NCBI GenBank assembly: GCA_963749915.1
Contig: CAVVOP010000023.1
Location: 1 to 18,189, forward strand
Origin: an uncultured cyanobacterium
GTDB taxonomy: Bacteria > Cyanobacteriota > Cyanobacteriia > Cyanobacteriales > Cyanobacteriaceae
DNA length: 18,189 nt
Direction: 5' to 3'
Shown: one piece after another, positions 8,597 to 17,207 of the stretch
Layout of the letters: each line of letters starts with the position of its first letter
Numbering within the stretch: the first letter of the stretch is position 1
The notes under the pieces: model-generated
The model's database searches: none
Told to the model about the DNA's origin: nothing
The model's input: only the letters and a program-made list of their open reading frames with translations
Position numbers and translations under genes: made by a program

Positions 8597-10054
8597 TCAA
8601 TGAGAGAGAAATATTTCCGAAGTCCAAGTTCCATGAAATCCGTGTGGAACATGATGTGACAGATAAAGTTTGGCAACCACTTGGGTAATATCTTCTGCGT
8701 TTAAAATGACAAGATAGCTGCGATGAAAAGAAGCATTATATACCATTGAAATAATCCAGCCGTCATCTTCTCCAGTTCCTCCAGGACGAGGAACAAATAC
8801 CGGTTCTCCGGCAAATCCTCGAGGGGCTGGACTCCAGATTTGTCTTTCTCCTGACTTTTTGTCAAGTTTCATAATCGCCTGGATCGGTCCGTTGGTCGAG
8901 GGGGAATGAGTTACGCTCATGTATAGGTAACGATGCTCTTTTCCTACCCATTGAGGGTGTACTGAAGGAAAATCGCATCCTCGAGTTTCTATCTTTTCAC
9001 GAACTACTGTTTTGGAACTTAATGAAAGGGTAAATTGCCATAAATTTCCAGTGGGGAAATCGGAGAAGTTAACTTCTTCAAGGTTCAGTTCTTCTTTTTC
9101 TTTTTTTGGGAACGAATTAGCACAAATTGACTCTAGGTAGATATTTCCGTCTTTTTCCCAAGCATTGCCATGATGAAATCCGAAAAAGGATTCTGTTTCT
9201 AAAATCTCCATCTTTCCGAATTCATGACGGGAGATAATGATTATTTTCGTAGGTTCTTTGGAATCAAAGTTAAAGCATTGCTCTATGCTTTTGAAACCTA
9301 GAAGAAAAGGTAATCCGTTTACCTTAAAAGGATGCTGGATAAAAATATAATAATTAGGTGTTACCAACATATCGTGCAAAAAAGCAAAGCCAGTTAGGGG
9401 ATAGGAATGTTCTTTGAGCTTGTTTCCTTGACTATCTAATTCCAAAATGGTTAATTGTGGTGAAGTAATTCCCCTGACACCAAAATTAATGAAAGTATTA
9501 TCGATAATTCGAGGATGAGCCGAAAAAGGTTGATTAGTTTCTAGTAAACCATTGAGGTTATCTTGACCAATGGTTTCCAATGTTTGTGGCTCTAGCTGAT
9601 GGGGTTGTCCACCTTCCCACAGTGCCCACAGTTTGCCGCCCCAATAAATAACATTGGTATTAGCTGCGTTTTTAAAATTGGTATCGAAAATATTTGCTAA
9701 CCATCCTCCTGGTTTCTGAGTGCCAAAACCTCGATAAAGAATCTTTCCTGCTTCTTGCTCTTTTAAATAACCTTCAGTCTGAACATAACGATTTTGAAAA
9801 TGGGCACGTCCTTGTGCAAAAGTAATGGCACAAATCATTCCATCACCATCGAACGGGTGTCCTATTTTTTGTCCATTGATCGACAATAATCCCGGACCAT
9901 TACGAAAAAGAGTTCCCTGTAAATCATGGGGAATCATCCCCTCAATTTCATCGAGCCAATAGTTATATTCATTAGGCTGTGATTCATAACCCTTCGCCCA
10001 ATCTTTTACTTGATAACTTGGTTCTATTGCATTTTCGATTAATAAATTTGACAT
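8597..10054 (-). CDS. Carotenoid/apocarotenoid cleavage oxygenase (RPE65 family)
   Basis: GTLFRNGPG, HPFDGDG, FSAHP, FLHD, FHH, GEPVFVPRP and HVPHGFHG; the four iron-ligand His motifs are present. Confidence 0.93.
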   Translation of the reverse strand: MSNLLIENAIEPSYQVKDWAKGYESQPNEYNYWLDEIEGMIPHDLQGTLFRNGPGLLSINGQKIGHPFDGDGMICAITFAQGRAHFQNRYVQTEGYLKEQEAGKILYRGFGTQKPGGWLANIFDTNFKNAANTNVIYWGGKLWALWEGGQPHQLEPQTLETIGQDNLNGLLETNQPFSAHPRIIDNTFINFGVRGITSPQLTILELDSQGNKLKEHSYPLTGFAFLHDMLVTPNYYIFIQHPFKVNGLPFLLGFKSIEQCFNFDSKEPTKIIIISRHEFGKMEILETESFFGFHHGNAWEKDGNIYLESICANSFPKKEKEELNLEEVNFSDFPTGNLWQFTLSLSSKTVVREKIETRGCDFPSVHPQWVGKEHRYLYMSVTHSPSTNGPIQAIMKLDKKSGERQIWSPAPRGFAGEPVFVPRPGGTGEDDGWIISMVYNASFHRSYLVILNAEDITQVVAKLYLSHHVPHGFHGTWTSEIFLSH

Positions 10055-10158
10055 AATGATAACAAACTTAATAAAACTTAAGATAACTAAATGTTATCAA
10101 AAAATCGCACATATCTATTTTCCTGCTCATCACCTTTTTTTATTTATCACTTATAATA

Positions 10159-10222
10159 TTCTGTATTTCTGTAAATCTTTATTTCTTTAAATACAATTAT
10201 CTGTATTTCTTTATTTATAGAA
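10159..10222. repeat. 8-bp periodic iteron array downstream of the par operon (putative centromere)
   Basis: ttctgtat ttctgtaa atctttat ttctttaa atacaatt atctgtat ttctttat ttatagaa. Confidence 0.7.
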
Positions 10223-10456
10223 AAACTCTTGTAATAATTCTCTTAGTAAGTCAGCCATAGGTATCCCTTCTTGAACTGATTTAAGTTTGATTGCTTTATG
10301 AAGCTCTTCACTAATATCAAGAGTCAATCTTTTCATCTTTACTTTTGGTTTTGGCGACTCTTGTTTTACTTCTTCTAGATTACGATTAGATACCCACTCT
10401 TCCATTTGCTCAACTTTATTAGTAGGTTTTTTGCCGATACTTATTTTCTTAACCAT
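10211..10456 (-). CDS. Ribbon-helix-helix centromere-binding partition protein (ParG-like)
   Basis: 81 aa with a flexible N-terminus and KRLTLDISEELHKAIKLKSVQEGIPMADLLRELL. Its start overlaps the parA stop. Confidence 0.85.
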   Translation of the reverse strand: MVKKISIGKKPTNKVEQMEEWVSNRNLEEVKQESPKPKVKMKRLTLDISEELHKAIKLKSVQEGIPMADLLRELLQEFFYK

Positions 10457-11081
10457 AACTTAATAACTCCTTCATTAATGATTTAATCTCTTTAACCGCA
10501 CTATTATTACGACTGGTTTCCAATACAGATTGACCAGTAATGGCCGATTCAGCAAAAATAACTCGTTGACAAATTTGAGTTTTCGCTACAGGAATGGAGT
10601 ATTGTTCAAGAGCTTCCGCTATATCTCTACCGATCGCCGTATTTACTATTTTACGATTAATTACAAATACAGATTTCAGTGTTTCTTTAAATACAGAAGC
10701 TTCGTCAATTATTTTAACTGTTTCTGCTACTGCCCAAATATCATAAGGAGATGGTTGCACAGGAATAACAACTAAGTCAGCGGCAAGGATTCCAGATCTA
10801 GCTAAATCTGATACTCTAGGTGAACCGTCAATAACCACATAATCATAATCTTGAGCCATTTTTGGTAAATCTCGATGAATAGTAGGACGATCTAATCCCA
10901 CCACCATAAAAGGTAATTCATCTTCTCTAGCATTAGCCCAATCTCTAGCTGAACCTTGAGGATCTGAATCAACGAGTAATACTTTATTGGGCGACCTTTT
11001 TTTGGTTAAAGCATAACTAAGGTTAATGGAGAGAGTAGTCTTTCCTACCCCTCCTTTTTGACTTTGAATACTGATTATCAT
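10449..11081 (-). CDS. parA: Type Ib partition ATPase (ParA/ParF-like)
   Basis: Deviant Walker A KGGVGKTT, VDSDPQGS, YVVIDGSP and PVQPSPYD. 210 aa with no N-terminal HTH. Confidence 0.95.
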   Translation of the reverse strand: MIISIQSQKGGVGKTTLSINLSYALTKKRSPNKVLLVDSDPQGSARDWANAREDELPFMVVGLDRPTIHRDLPKMAQDYDYVVIDGSPRVSDLARSGILAADLVVIPVQPSPYDIWAVAETVKIIDEASVFKETLKSVFVINRKIVNTAIGRDIAEALEQYSIPVAKTQICQRVIFAESAITGQSVLETSRNNSAVKEIKSLMKELLSYG

Positions 11082-11084
11082 TAT

Positions 11085-11116
11085 TTACAGAAATCTTTAA
11101 ATACAGATTTACGGAA
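11085..11116. promoter_or_regulatory. 8-bp iteron array just upstream of parA (putative operator/centromere)
   Basis: ttacagaa atctttaa atacagat ttacggaa: the same units as 10159-10222, in mixed orientation. Confidence 0.65.
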
Positions 11117-11179
11117 ATTAAATGAAACTAAGATAGCACATAAAAACTTATTTTTCATAAATATTTTCAGTATGAACTA

Positions 11180-11626
11180 ATGGCGACGGATCAACTTATA
11201 CCATCAGTCAAACCAATTCCAACTCTTGAGTGTGTCTGTGTTGATAATCAAGAAACAAGAAAAGCAGTGGGTTATATTAATGCAGTTAGTTATCAGATGC
11301 GACCCGAACAGTTTTGTGAACCTTTAGAAAGAGAAGAATTTTGGGGAAAAACTGTATTGGGCACGGTGGGATACTTAGAGAATAAGCCTGTATCCACTGC
11401 TATGGTTTTGTGGCTCGAGGGGAAATTTTATGTAGCGTTTGTGGCAACATTACCCGAATATCGTAATCATGGCTATGCTCAAACCGTAATTAGACATTGC
11501 CTAGCACAGGCAGAGAAGAAATTTGGGAAGAGTCGCACTATTCTTCATGCTACACCTGCTGGAGTTCCTGTGTATAAACGACTGGGATATCAACCCAAGG
11601 CATATTTCTCTACTTATACGGCCTAA
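11180..11626 (+). CDS. GNAT family N-acetyltransferase
   Basis: Acetyl-CoA motif VATLPEYRNHGYA and LHATPAGVPVYKRLGY. Confidence 0.88.
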   Translation: MATDQLIPSVKPIPTLECVCVDNQETRKAVGYINAVSYQMRPEQFCEPLEREEFWGKTVLGTVGYLENKPVSTAMVLWLEGKFYVAFVATLPEYRNHGYAQTVIRHCLAQAEKKFGKSRTILHATPAGVPVYKRLGYQPKAYFSTYTA

Positions 11627-11884
11627 ATAGAAGGTTGGTGCGACATGGGGCAATCAATTCTTCTGTACTATTTTGAAGAGCCATTTGGGTAGTAGTAATA
11701 CTTGAATGTCCTAATGACTGGTGAAAAAGTGATAAATCACAACCACCCTTAATCGCCTCAGTGATATGGGAATGTCGTAACCAATGAGCAAATTATGTTC
11801 ATTGATGAGAGCAAAATTAACTATAGCGTCCTCAACTTAGAATGACTAGATCACTTCTTCAGCCCTGTCTTGAGACACGATATA

Positions 11885-12868
11885 TTATTTGTTCTGTGAT
11901 AAATAAATTAGATGATTAGGGTTATTCAACAATTGTTGAAGTTCTTCTCGCTCTTGAGGTTTATTTTTAACATGAGCATTGATAAATAAAATAATAATTT
12001 TTGACATTAAAGAGCGAATTTCTGTTTCTGATTCAGTGGTAGAGAAATCAGATAAAACTGTGCCTGTGGTTTTATCCAAAGGATGGGTAATGCAAAAATG
12101 ATTTGCTCCTTCTAATAAAACTAAATAACTATCTTTTCTTCCTCCTTTTATTCCTTGGGAAAAAGTATTAACAACTGAGTAGATTGGGTCTTTTTCCGTC
12201 ATTCCATAAAGTTGAGTATTATTAGCGATAACACCATCACGAGTTCCTCCCATTAAAAGTAAAGGAAGAGAGTCGGGCAAGGGTAAAATAGTTTTCGGTT
12301 CATACCCGAAGCTCTTTCCTGCTAATGTATGTCCCCCATAAGCAAAAGAGGCTACTATTTGAGGAAAAAAATCAGGATTGGCACTTTCAATTGCCACTCT
12401 TCCCCCTGCTGAATGTCCACCGATAATAACTTTTTCCAGGTCTAATTGTCCTGCTAAGATCCCTTTTTGTTGTAGCTTATTTATTTTCTCTAATAATGCA
12501 GGTAAGGCAGAAGCGGTTGCACCTGTGCCATAAAAATCAGGTTTTAATTTTTCTAGCTGTACTCCAGGAGTCAATCCAATCATTCCCGGAATATTTTCTG
12601 CTATCCAATTAAAGCTAACTACAACTAAGCCTGTTGACGCTAATTTTTCCATCAGCCATTGATAAGACTTTGCCTCACAGTTAACACCATTGAAAAAAAT
12701 CACGACGGGAAAGGGTGCATAAGTTGAATCTACAGGAATGACACCAAAATTCTGTTGTGTATCATTTTCTTTCAATTGGGCTGGGTAAAAGATTTTTAAA
12801 TGTAGAGTATCAAATGATGGTTTTGCTTCTTTTATTTTTACCGCCTCAAAAAATGCTCGAATTGTCAT
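11885..12868 (-). CDS. Alpha/beta hydrolase (chlorophyllase/dienelactone hydrolase-like)
   Basis: Nucleophile elbow GGHSAGG, acid motif GGTRDG, and His motif GANH. Confidence 0.88.
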   Translation of the reverse strand: MTIRAFFEAVKIKEAKPSFDTLHLKIFYPAQLKENDTQQNFGVIPVDSTYAPFPVVIFFNGVNCEAKSYQWLMEKLASTGLVVVSFNWIAENIPGMIGLTPGVQLEKLKPDFYGTGATASALPALLEKINKLQQKGILAGQLDLEKVIIGGHSAGGRVAIESANPDFFPQIVASFAYGGHTLAGKSFGYEPKTILPLPDSLPLLLMGGTRDGVIANNTQLYGMTEKDPIYSVVNTFSQGIKGGRKDSYLVLLEGANHFCITHPLDKTTGTVLSDFSTTESETEIRSLMSKIIILFINAHVKNKPQEREELQQLLNNPNHLIYLSQNK

Positions 12869-12952
12869 AGTTAAATTTGAGAATATTTGATTTTTTTCAT
12901 TCTAAACAATAGGAAAACAAACTAAACTCTTAATAATCATTAACTGAGTGCC

Positions 12953-12983
12953 ACATAAGAATAGATTATGTTTTCCCTACAGT
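12953..12983. other. Candidate recombination (res/dif-like) site next to the recombinase
   Basis: ACATAA-N7-TTATGT dyad at 12953-12971, running into TTTTCCCTACAGT, whose exact reverse complement lies at 14140-14152. Confidence 0.4.
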
Positions 12984-13038
12984 AACAGTATTAGGTTTAG
13001 GTACATTATTCAAAAAACATTATCAAAGAAAAAAAGAG

Positions 13039-14034
13039 CTAAACCATATCAGCCAGGATATTAACCGCTTCTTTCTGCAAAGCGACTCTATTATCATCGT
13101 AGCGAGTCAAAACATCTAAATTCTTATGCCTCGATAACTTTTGAGCCATGCGTACATTACCATTTGAAGCATCGAGTACCGCAGTAATCGAACTATGCCT
13201 TACTCGGTGAGGAGATAAAATTTTGTCGCTTAATACCTCATCAGCATATTTTCTGACAATGCAGTAAATACTTTTTCCTGTTAATCTATTGCCTCTAGTA
13301 TTGTGGGCTAGACTAATAAACAGGGGTGATTCAGGTTGAGGATTAGAGTAACAAGATAGCCAATTATTTAAAGCTGATACCGTCTTCGGTGCTAAATGAA
13401 TGACCTGTTTACCGATTTTACCCTTACCCTTAATTCTCAAGGTAGAATCAGCTTGATCATAATCAGCGATGGATAGATTACTTATCTCAGAACGTCTTAA
13501 AGCATTATCCCAAAGTAACCGCATAACGGCATAATCTCTTTTACCAGATAAAGTATCGGTGTCAATACCAGATAAAATCTGACTAAAACTATCCTTACTT
13601 ACCCCAGAAGTATCTCGATAAACCTCATTCCCTAGACTCTTTAAATCTTCAATTAACCAATTACAAAAACCTCTTTTAAAAGCAAATTTTACTAAACTAC
13701 GAATAGAAGCAATGCGGATGTTAATACTATTGGGAGTATAATCAGCCTCAATTAAATCTAATTGATATTGAGCAGTGTAAGCGATGGCCCTCACCTTTTC
13801 AAAACCTAAAAACTCACCGATAACCGCTTTGATTTGGATGTCAGGTAAAACTATCTTCTGACATTTATTTAAGAACCCATGAATCAGATAATGAGCAAAA
13901 TACTTGAGATTTTGACGATAAGTTTGACGGGTAGAAGCCTTATGCTTAGAAGCAATTAAAGCCTCAATAATACAATCGAGCGACTGATTCAAAGGCTGAA
14001 TCAAGCCACCATTGGCAGTAGCTAACTGTGTCAT
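13039..14034 (-). CDS. Tyrosine recombinase, XerC-like plasmid resolvase/integrase
   Basis: RDYA..LLWDNALRRSEI (catalytic R), KGKG (K), SPHRVRHS (HxxR), SRHKN (H) and TRYDD (Y). Confidence 0.93.
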   Translation of the reverse strand: MTQLATANGGLIQPLNQSLDCIIEALIASKHKASTRQTYRQNLKYFAHYLIHGFLNKCQKIVLPDIQIKAVIGEFLGFEKVRAIAYTAQYQLDLIEADYTPNSINIRIASIRSLVKFAFKRGFCNWLIEDLKSLGNEVYRDTSGVSKDSFSQILSGIDTDTLSGKRDYAVMRLLWDNALRRSEISNLSIADYDQADSTLRIKGKGKIGKQVIHLAPKTVSALNNWLSCYSNPQPESPLFISLAHNTRGNRLTGKSIYCIVRKYADEVLSDKILSPHRVRHSSITAVLDASNGNVRMAQKLSRHKNLDVLTRYDDNRVALQKEAVNILADMV

Positions 14035-14247
14035 AATATTAATTAATCAGATTAAAATCGATAGCTACCAAGCCCTTGGTAGTTATTTTACTATCAGGGG
14101 TTAGCTGATATACAAAATGATCGACTTTTTATATAAATAACTGTAGGGAAAAAGAGTCTTGCTGTCAAAGGGTACGAAAACCCGCATTAGCATACCCTAA
14201 AATTATTGTATGTATCACATATACTTGGGATCTTAAAGTTTAACGAC

Positions 14248-14281
14248 AAAAAAAAGAAGGCAGGGGCAAACAACCCCCACC
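14248..14281 (-). terminator. Putative intrinsic terminator of the adenine-free ORF
   Basis: Minus strand GGTGGGGGT-TGTTT-GCCCCTGCC (9-bp stem with three G-U pairs) followed by TTCTTTTTTTT, 7 nt after the TAG. Confidence 0.6.
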
Positions 14282-14288
14282 AGAGCCA

Positions 14289-14573
14289 CTAGGGAAGAGC
14301 AGCCCAAGCACCCCACCCACGAACGGGCGAGGACGCAGGAACAACAACGGGAACAGACACAACCCAGCACCCCGAAACAGCAGGACAACAACGAACCGCC
14401 ACCGCCGAGAAACCGCAAACACCAGCCCACCGCCGAGCAAAACCCGAAGCCAAAGCCAACGAACCAAACCGAGCCACCAGACGGAAGCCACCACCAGAAC
14501 GCCCCGGACGCAACCACCAAGAGCAACAGCCACAAGCCAACGCCGAACCAGAAACAACACGGAAAGAAACCAC
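14289..14573 (-). CDS. Adenine-free small ORF, 94 aa, function unknown
   Basis: GTG start at 14573, 9 nt after GGGGG. All 94 sense codons lack A, and the only A in 360 nt is in the TAG stop. A terminator-like hairpin follows. Confidence 0.65.
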   Translation of the reverse strand: MVSFRVVSGSALACGCCSWWLRPGRSGGGFRLVARFGSLALASGFARRWAGVCGFSAVAVRCCPAVSGCWVVSVPVVVPASSPVRGWGAWAALP

Positions 14574-14929
14574 GGGAACAAACCCCCAACGAAAGAACAG
14601 CTTCTTTTCACCCGTTCTCATTTTTCACAGTGAACTTTGATCTGTGCGCAAGGCAAAAATAAATAAATGGAGCGTAGCCGTTACGAAGACTATAACTAAC
14701 TAGAACTAAACTATGGCGGCGGAGCGACTTCAATTAAGGTGTTGCCTAGTCGCACCACAGAACGGGTATACTAGAAAAGCGGTCGTGTCATTGTCTCACC
14801 AGTTCCAGCCACGCAGTGACCTAGGGTCGGAAACAGTAGCCTTTGAGATAAACCGAAGGCAAAAAGACTATGTTTTTAACTGTATTTCAAGCTAGATATT
14901 AATATATATTAAGAAAAGTATCTAGGTAA

Positions 14930-15139
14930 TGGTTTTTCAGTTATAATGAATGGCTTACCCTTGAAGAGAAACAGAAACTACAATGGACAGCGTATTCAGA
15001 GCCTTCTGTTAACAAGTCAGCTCTCACAACTGCTTTTGAAGGAGTAGGTAGGTATATGCAGGAGATGGTTATCCCAGACGTAAGACGTATTCTGAGGAAA
15101 CAAGATCTTGAATCCAATTCCGCCCTGCCAGATGCCTAA
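14930..15139 (+). pseudogene. 3' remnant of an upstream cassette ORF
   Basis: Open frame WFFSYNEWLTLEEKQK...DLESNSALPDA*. Its TAA lies inside the GCCTAAC inverse core of the attC site, as is typical of gene cassettes. Confidence 0.5.
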
Positions 15140-15225
15140 CAAGCGGCTGCACTCGGAACGGTAGCTGACACTACTGATTCTGAGGCAAAGTGCGTCGCCG
15201 TCCGGTGAGCCGCAGGCCGTTAGAC
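15134..15225 (+). mobile_element. attC: Integron attC site (59-base element) 1
   Basis: Inverse core GCCTAAC (RYYYAAC) and core GTTAGAC (GTTRRRY). The arms GCGGCT[G]CAC[T]CGGA and TCCGGTGAGCCGC pair with two extrahelical bases. Confidence 0.88.
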
Positions 15226-15335
15226 CGCTCGAAAACAGTACAAAGGCCAGTACAAGCTACCTCGTGGATGTACAATCTACCTCATATCTTGACTCAACCC
15301 TAGCAGTCTCACTCTTCACATCACTGTAAACGCAA

Positions 15336-16526
15336 ATGAACTCCTCTACGCTTACGCGCATAAGACCATCCTCGCTGCTACTTTTGTGGGGAGTGCTCTT
15401 TCTCTTCACGGGCATCTTTACCTCCGGATGTGGTGTCTTGGAGCGTTTCGATCGAACGACTTCTGCAATTGAGCAGCTTGAAGCAGATATCGACAGAGGT
15501 ATCGCAATGATCGAAAACGACAAAGAACGGTGGCGATCCACGCTTCAAGAGCTTGCTTCGGACATTCCCAACGAGTTGCAAAGTACCGTACGTGTCGAAC
15601 TCCAACAACTTGCAAACCGCAGTGTCGCCACCGCCGGTACCGAGATACGATGCAACGTCGATTTCCTGGCGCATCGCGCTATCCAAGGACTCCAGCGCGT
15701 GAAGGCTATCCTCAGAAACCGTGATCCTAAGACGCTACCGCCTGAGATATGCCAGGTCTCTCCACTGACGCTTGACATGAATATCGAACGTGCGCGACGT
15801 GTCGATGTCAGCATCAGTGGCTACGACATGGATCATATTGACAACGAGGGAATGCCTCTCCGCTTCGTTTATCGTTCCGATGCCCAGAACAAAACTTTCC
15901 TCTTTCCTGAATCGCGTGTCGGTCGTACGACCCACTATCAAATCACACTTAATACTTCAGGAGCCGATTTCGACCAATTCATCTATGTTCATCAGATTAA
16001 TAAGATCTGGGGAGAATGGGAAGGTCGGAGTGAGTCTCCTCAGGTCAACTTGACACGGTGGGAGCCTCGGAAGAAAGAACTCAAAGTTCCCCTTGGTAGC
16101 TTTGATTACACGCCGCCTCTTACCCATGGTGACCGCGATTTCGATACGGACGATGACGATGAGACCGACGTAAATCTCTCCGTAAGAACCAGACAAGTCG
16201 GTAATCGCATTGAGGCCTCCGTCTACATGAAGGCACGGGAGCGCGATCCGGATAACACGACAGTAGAAGGCTGGTCGCGATGGTTCGTTGGCTACGAAGC
16301 ACCTGCAGGCTGGAAGATAATCAACATAACTCGCCTCGGCAGATCAGATACCTCCTTTGTAGCCACATCACACCAAATGAGGTCAAGTACATTGCCCCAA
16401 GGTGAAATCGCTGACAGGTTTGAGACGTGGATCGACCGCAGCGGTGATGAGGCAGGCAGCTTCACCCGCACAAAGGTTTTTCTGCGCCCAGTAGAGGTTG
16501 AACTAGAACAGATTCCTCCCTTCTGA
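15336..16526 (+). CDS. Predicted lipoprotein of unknown function, carried as an integron gene cassette
   Basis: 396 aa with a hydrophobic signal and lipobox-like FTSG-C, a helical N-terminal region, then beta-rich domains. GC is visibly higher than in the flanking host genes, and it is bounded by attC sites. Confidence 0.8.
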   Translation: MNSSTLTRIRPSSLLLLWGVLFLFTGIFTSGCGVLERFDRTTSAIEQLEADIDRGIAMIENDKERWRSTLQELASDIPNELQSTVRVELQQLANRSVATAGTEIRCNVDFLAHRAIQGLQRVKAILRNRDPKTLPPEICQVSPLTLDMNIERARRVDVSISGYDMDHIDNEGMPLRFVYRSDAQNKTFLFPESRVGRTTHYQITLNTSGADFDQFIYVHQINKIWGEWEGRSESPQVNLTRWEPRKKELKVPLGSFDYTPPLTHGDRDFDTDDDDETDVNLSVRTRQVGNRIEASVYMKARERDPDNTTVEGWSRWFVGYEAPAGWKIINITRLGRSDTSFVATSHQMRSSTLPQGEIADRFETWIDRSGDEAGSFTRTKVFLRPVEVELEQIPPF

Positions 16527-16698
16527 GCTTCGCCCTTTCCAGAAAAGATCTCAATCTATTATCCTTCACGCTCAGCCCCTGAGGTTCTCTGTAGATGTCT
16601 CTACTTGTAAGAGGTATTCCTACGGCAGCTCGTGATTAATCAGCCGATCAATGCCTGGGAATGCACCTCGATCACTGTCTTTAAGCGAGTGAGACGCA

Positions 16699-16797
16699 GT
16701 CTAACAATGCCCATGCACACCGACCGCCGATAGTTGATTGGTTATGGTATGGTATGGTATGGAGGTTATCTGCGGCGGCTCAACTTGGTCGTTAGTG
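16699..16797 (+). mobile_element. attC: Integron attC site 2, degenerate or chimeric
   Basis: The inverse core GTCTAAC is the exact complement of GTTAGAC at the cassette start. Inner arms CCGCCG/CGGCGG pair, the site ends in CGTTAG, and the loop contains (TATGG)x4. Confidence 0.72.
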
Positions 16798-16890
16798 GGA
16801 AATTGAGAGGCGACCAGGCTTTGCCTGCCGCTGCGCGATCGAAAATGATATGGGTACGGTTCTTTTGAAAAAGACAGAGACATTAAAAAT

Positions 16891-17133
16891 TTAATTGAGA
16901 AGATTAGGATAAAGTATTTTGCTTAAACCAGCCAATAAGGCTAGAATAACTCCACCAATTACAGTTCTAGCTATAAAATCCAAATTATCTAGCCTTTTAT
17001 TGATACCATTTTGCCCTTCTTTTAATACGGCTACCCCGACTTTAAGATCGTTTAACTTCTCATTGACTTGCTCAAATTTAGAGTTAATTAAATCCTTTAA
17101 CTCTCTTAAGTCGTTATCTGTTACTGTGCTCAT
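16891..17133 (-). CDS. Small coiled-coil protein with a C-terminal transmembrane helix (cyanobacterial hypothetical)
   Basis: 80 aa with a heptad pattern followed by TVIGGVILALLAGL. Codon usage is AT-rich and host-like. Confidence 0.75.
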   Translation of the reverse strand: MSTVTDNDLRELKDLINSKFEQVNEKLNDLKVGVAVLKEGQNGINKRLDNLDFIARTVIGGVILALLAGLSKILYPNLLN

Positions 17134-17168
17134 GTTAAAATTCCCATTAAGTAAGATGTTTACAAATA

Positions 17169-17207
17169 TTTAGTTAGGAGTAGTTTAGCCCTCTACTCCT
17201 AACTAAA
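17169..17207. repeat. Perfect 15-bp inverted repeat (hairpin)
   Basis: TTTAGTTAGGAGTAG-N9-CTACTCCTAACTAAA. Confidence 0.85.

Noticed and set aside
13039..14034. Recombinase as the integron integrase for the attC sites
   Set aside because: It resembles XerC-like plasmid resolvases, shows no evident IntI-specific insertion, and no attI could be identified.
14233..14611. Alternative - strand ORFs 14233-14589 and 14240-14611, and open + strand frames
   Set aside because: They are open only because the missing base prevents stop codons. Only the 14289 frame explains the lone A and has an SD-like motif and a terminator.
15257..16302. Many short overlapping ORFs within the cassette gene
   Set aside because: Expected shadow ORFs in higher-GC sequence; the 396-aa frame explains the region.
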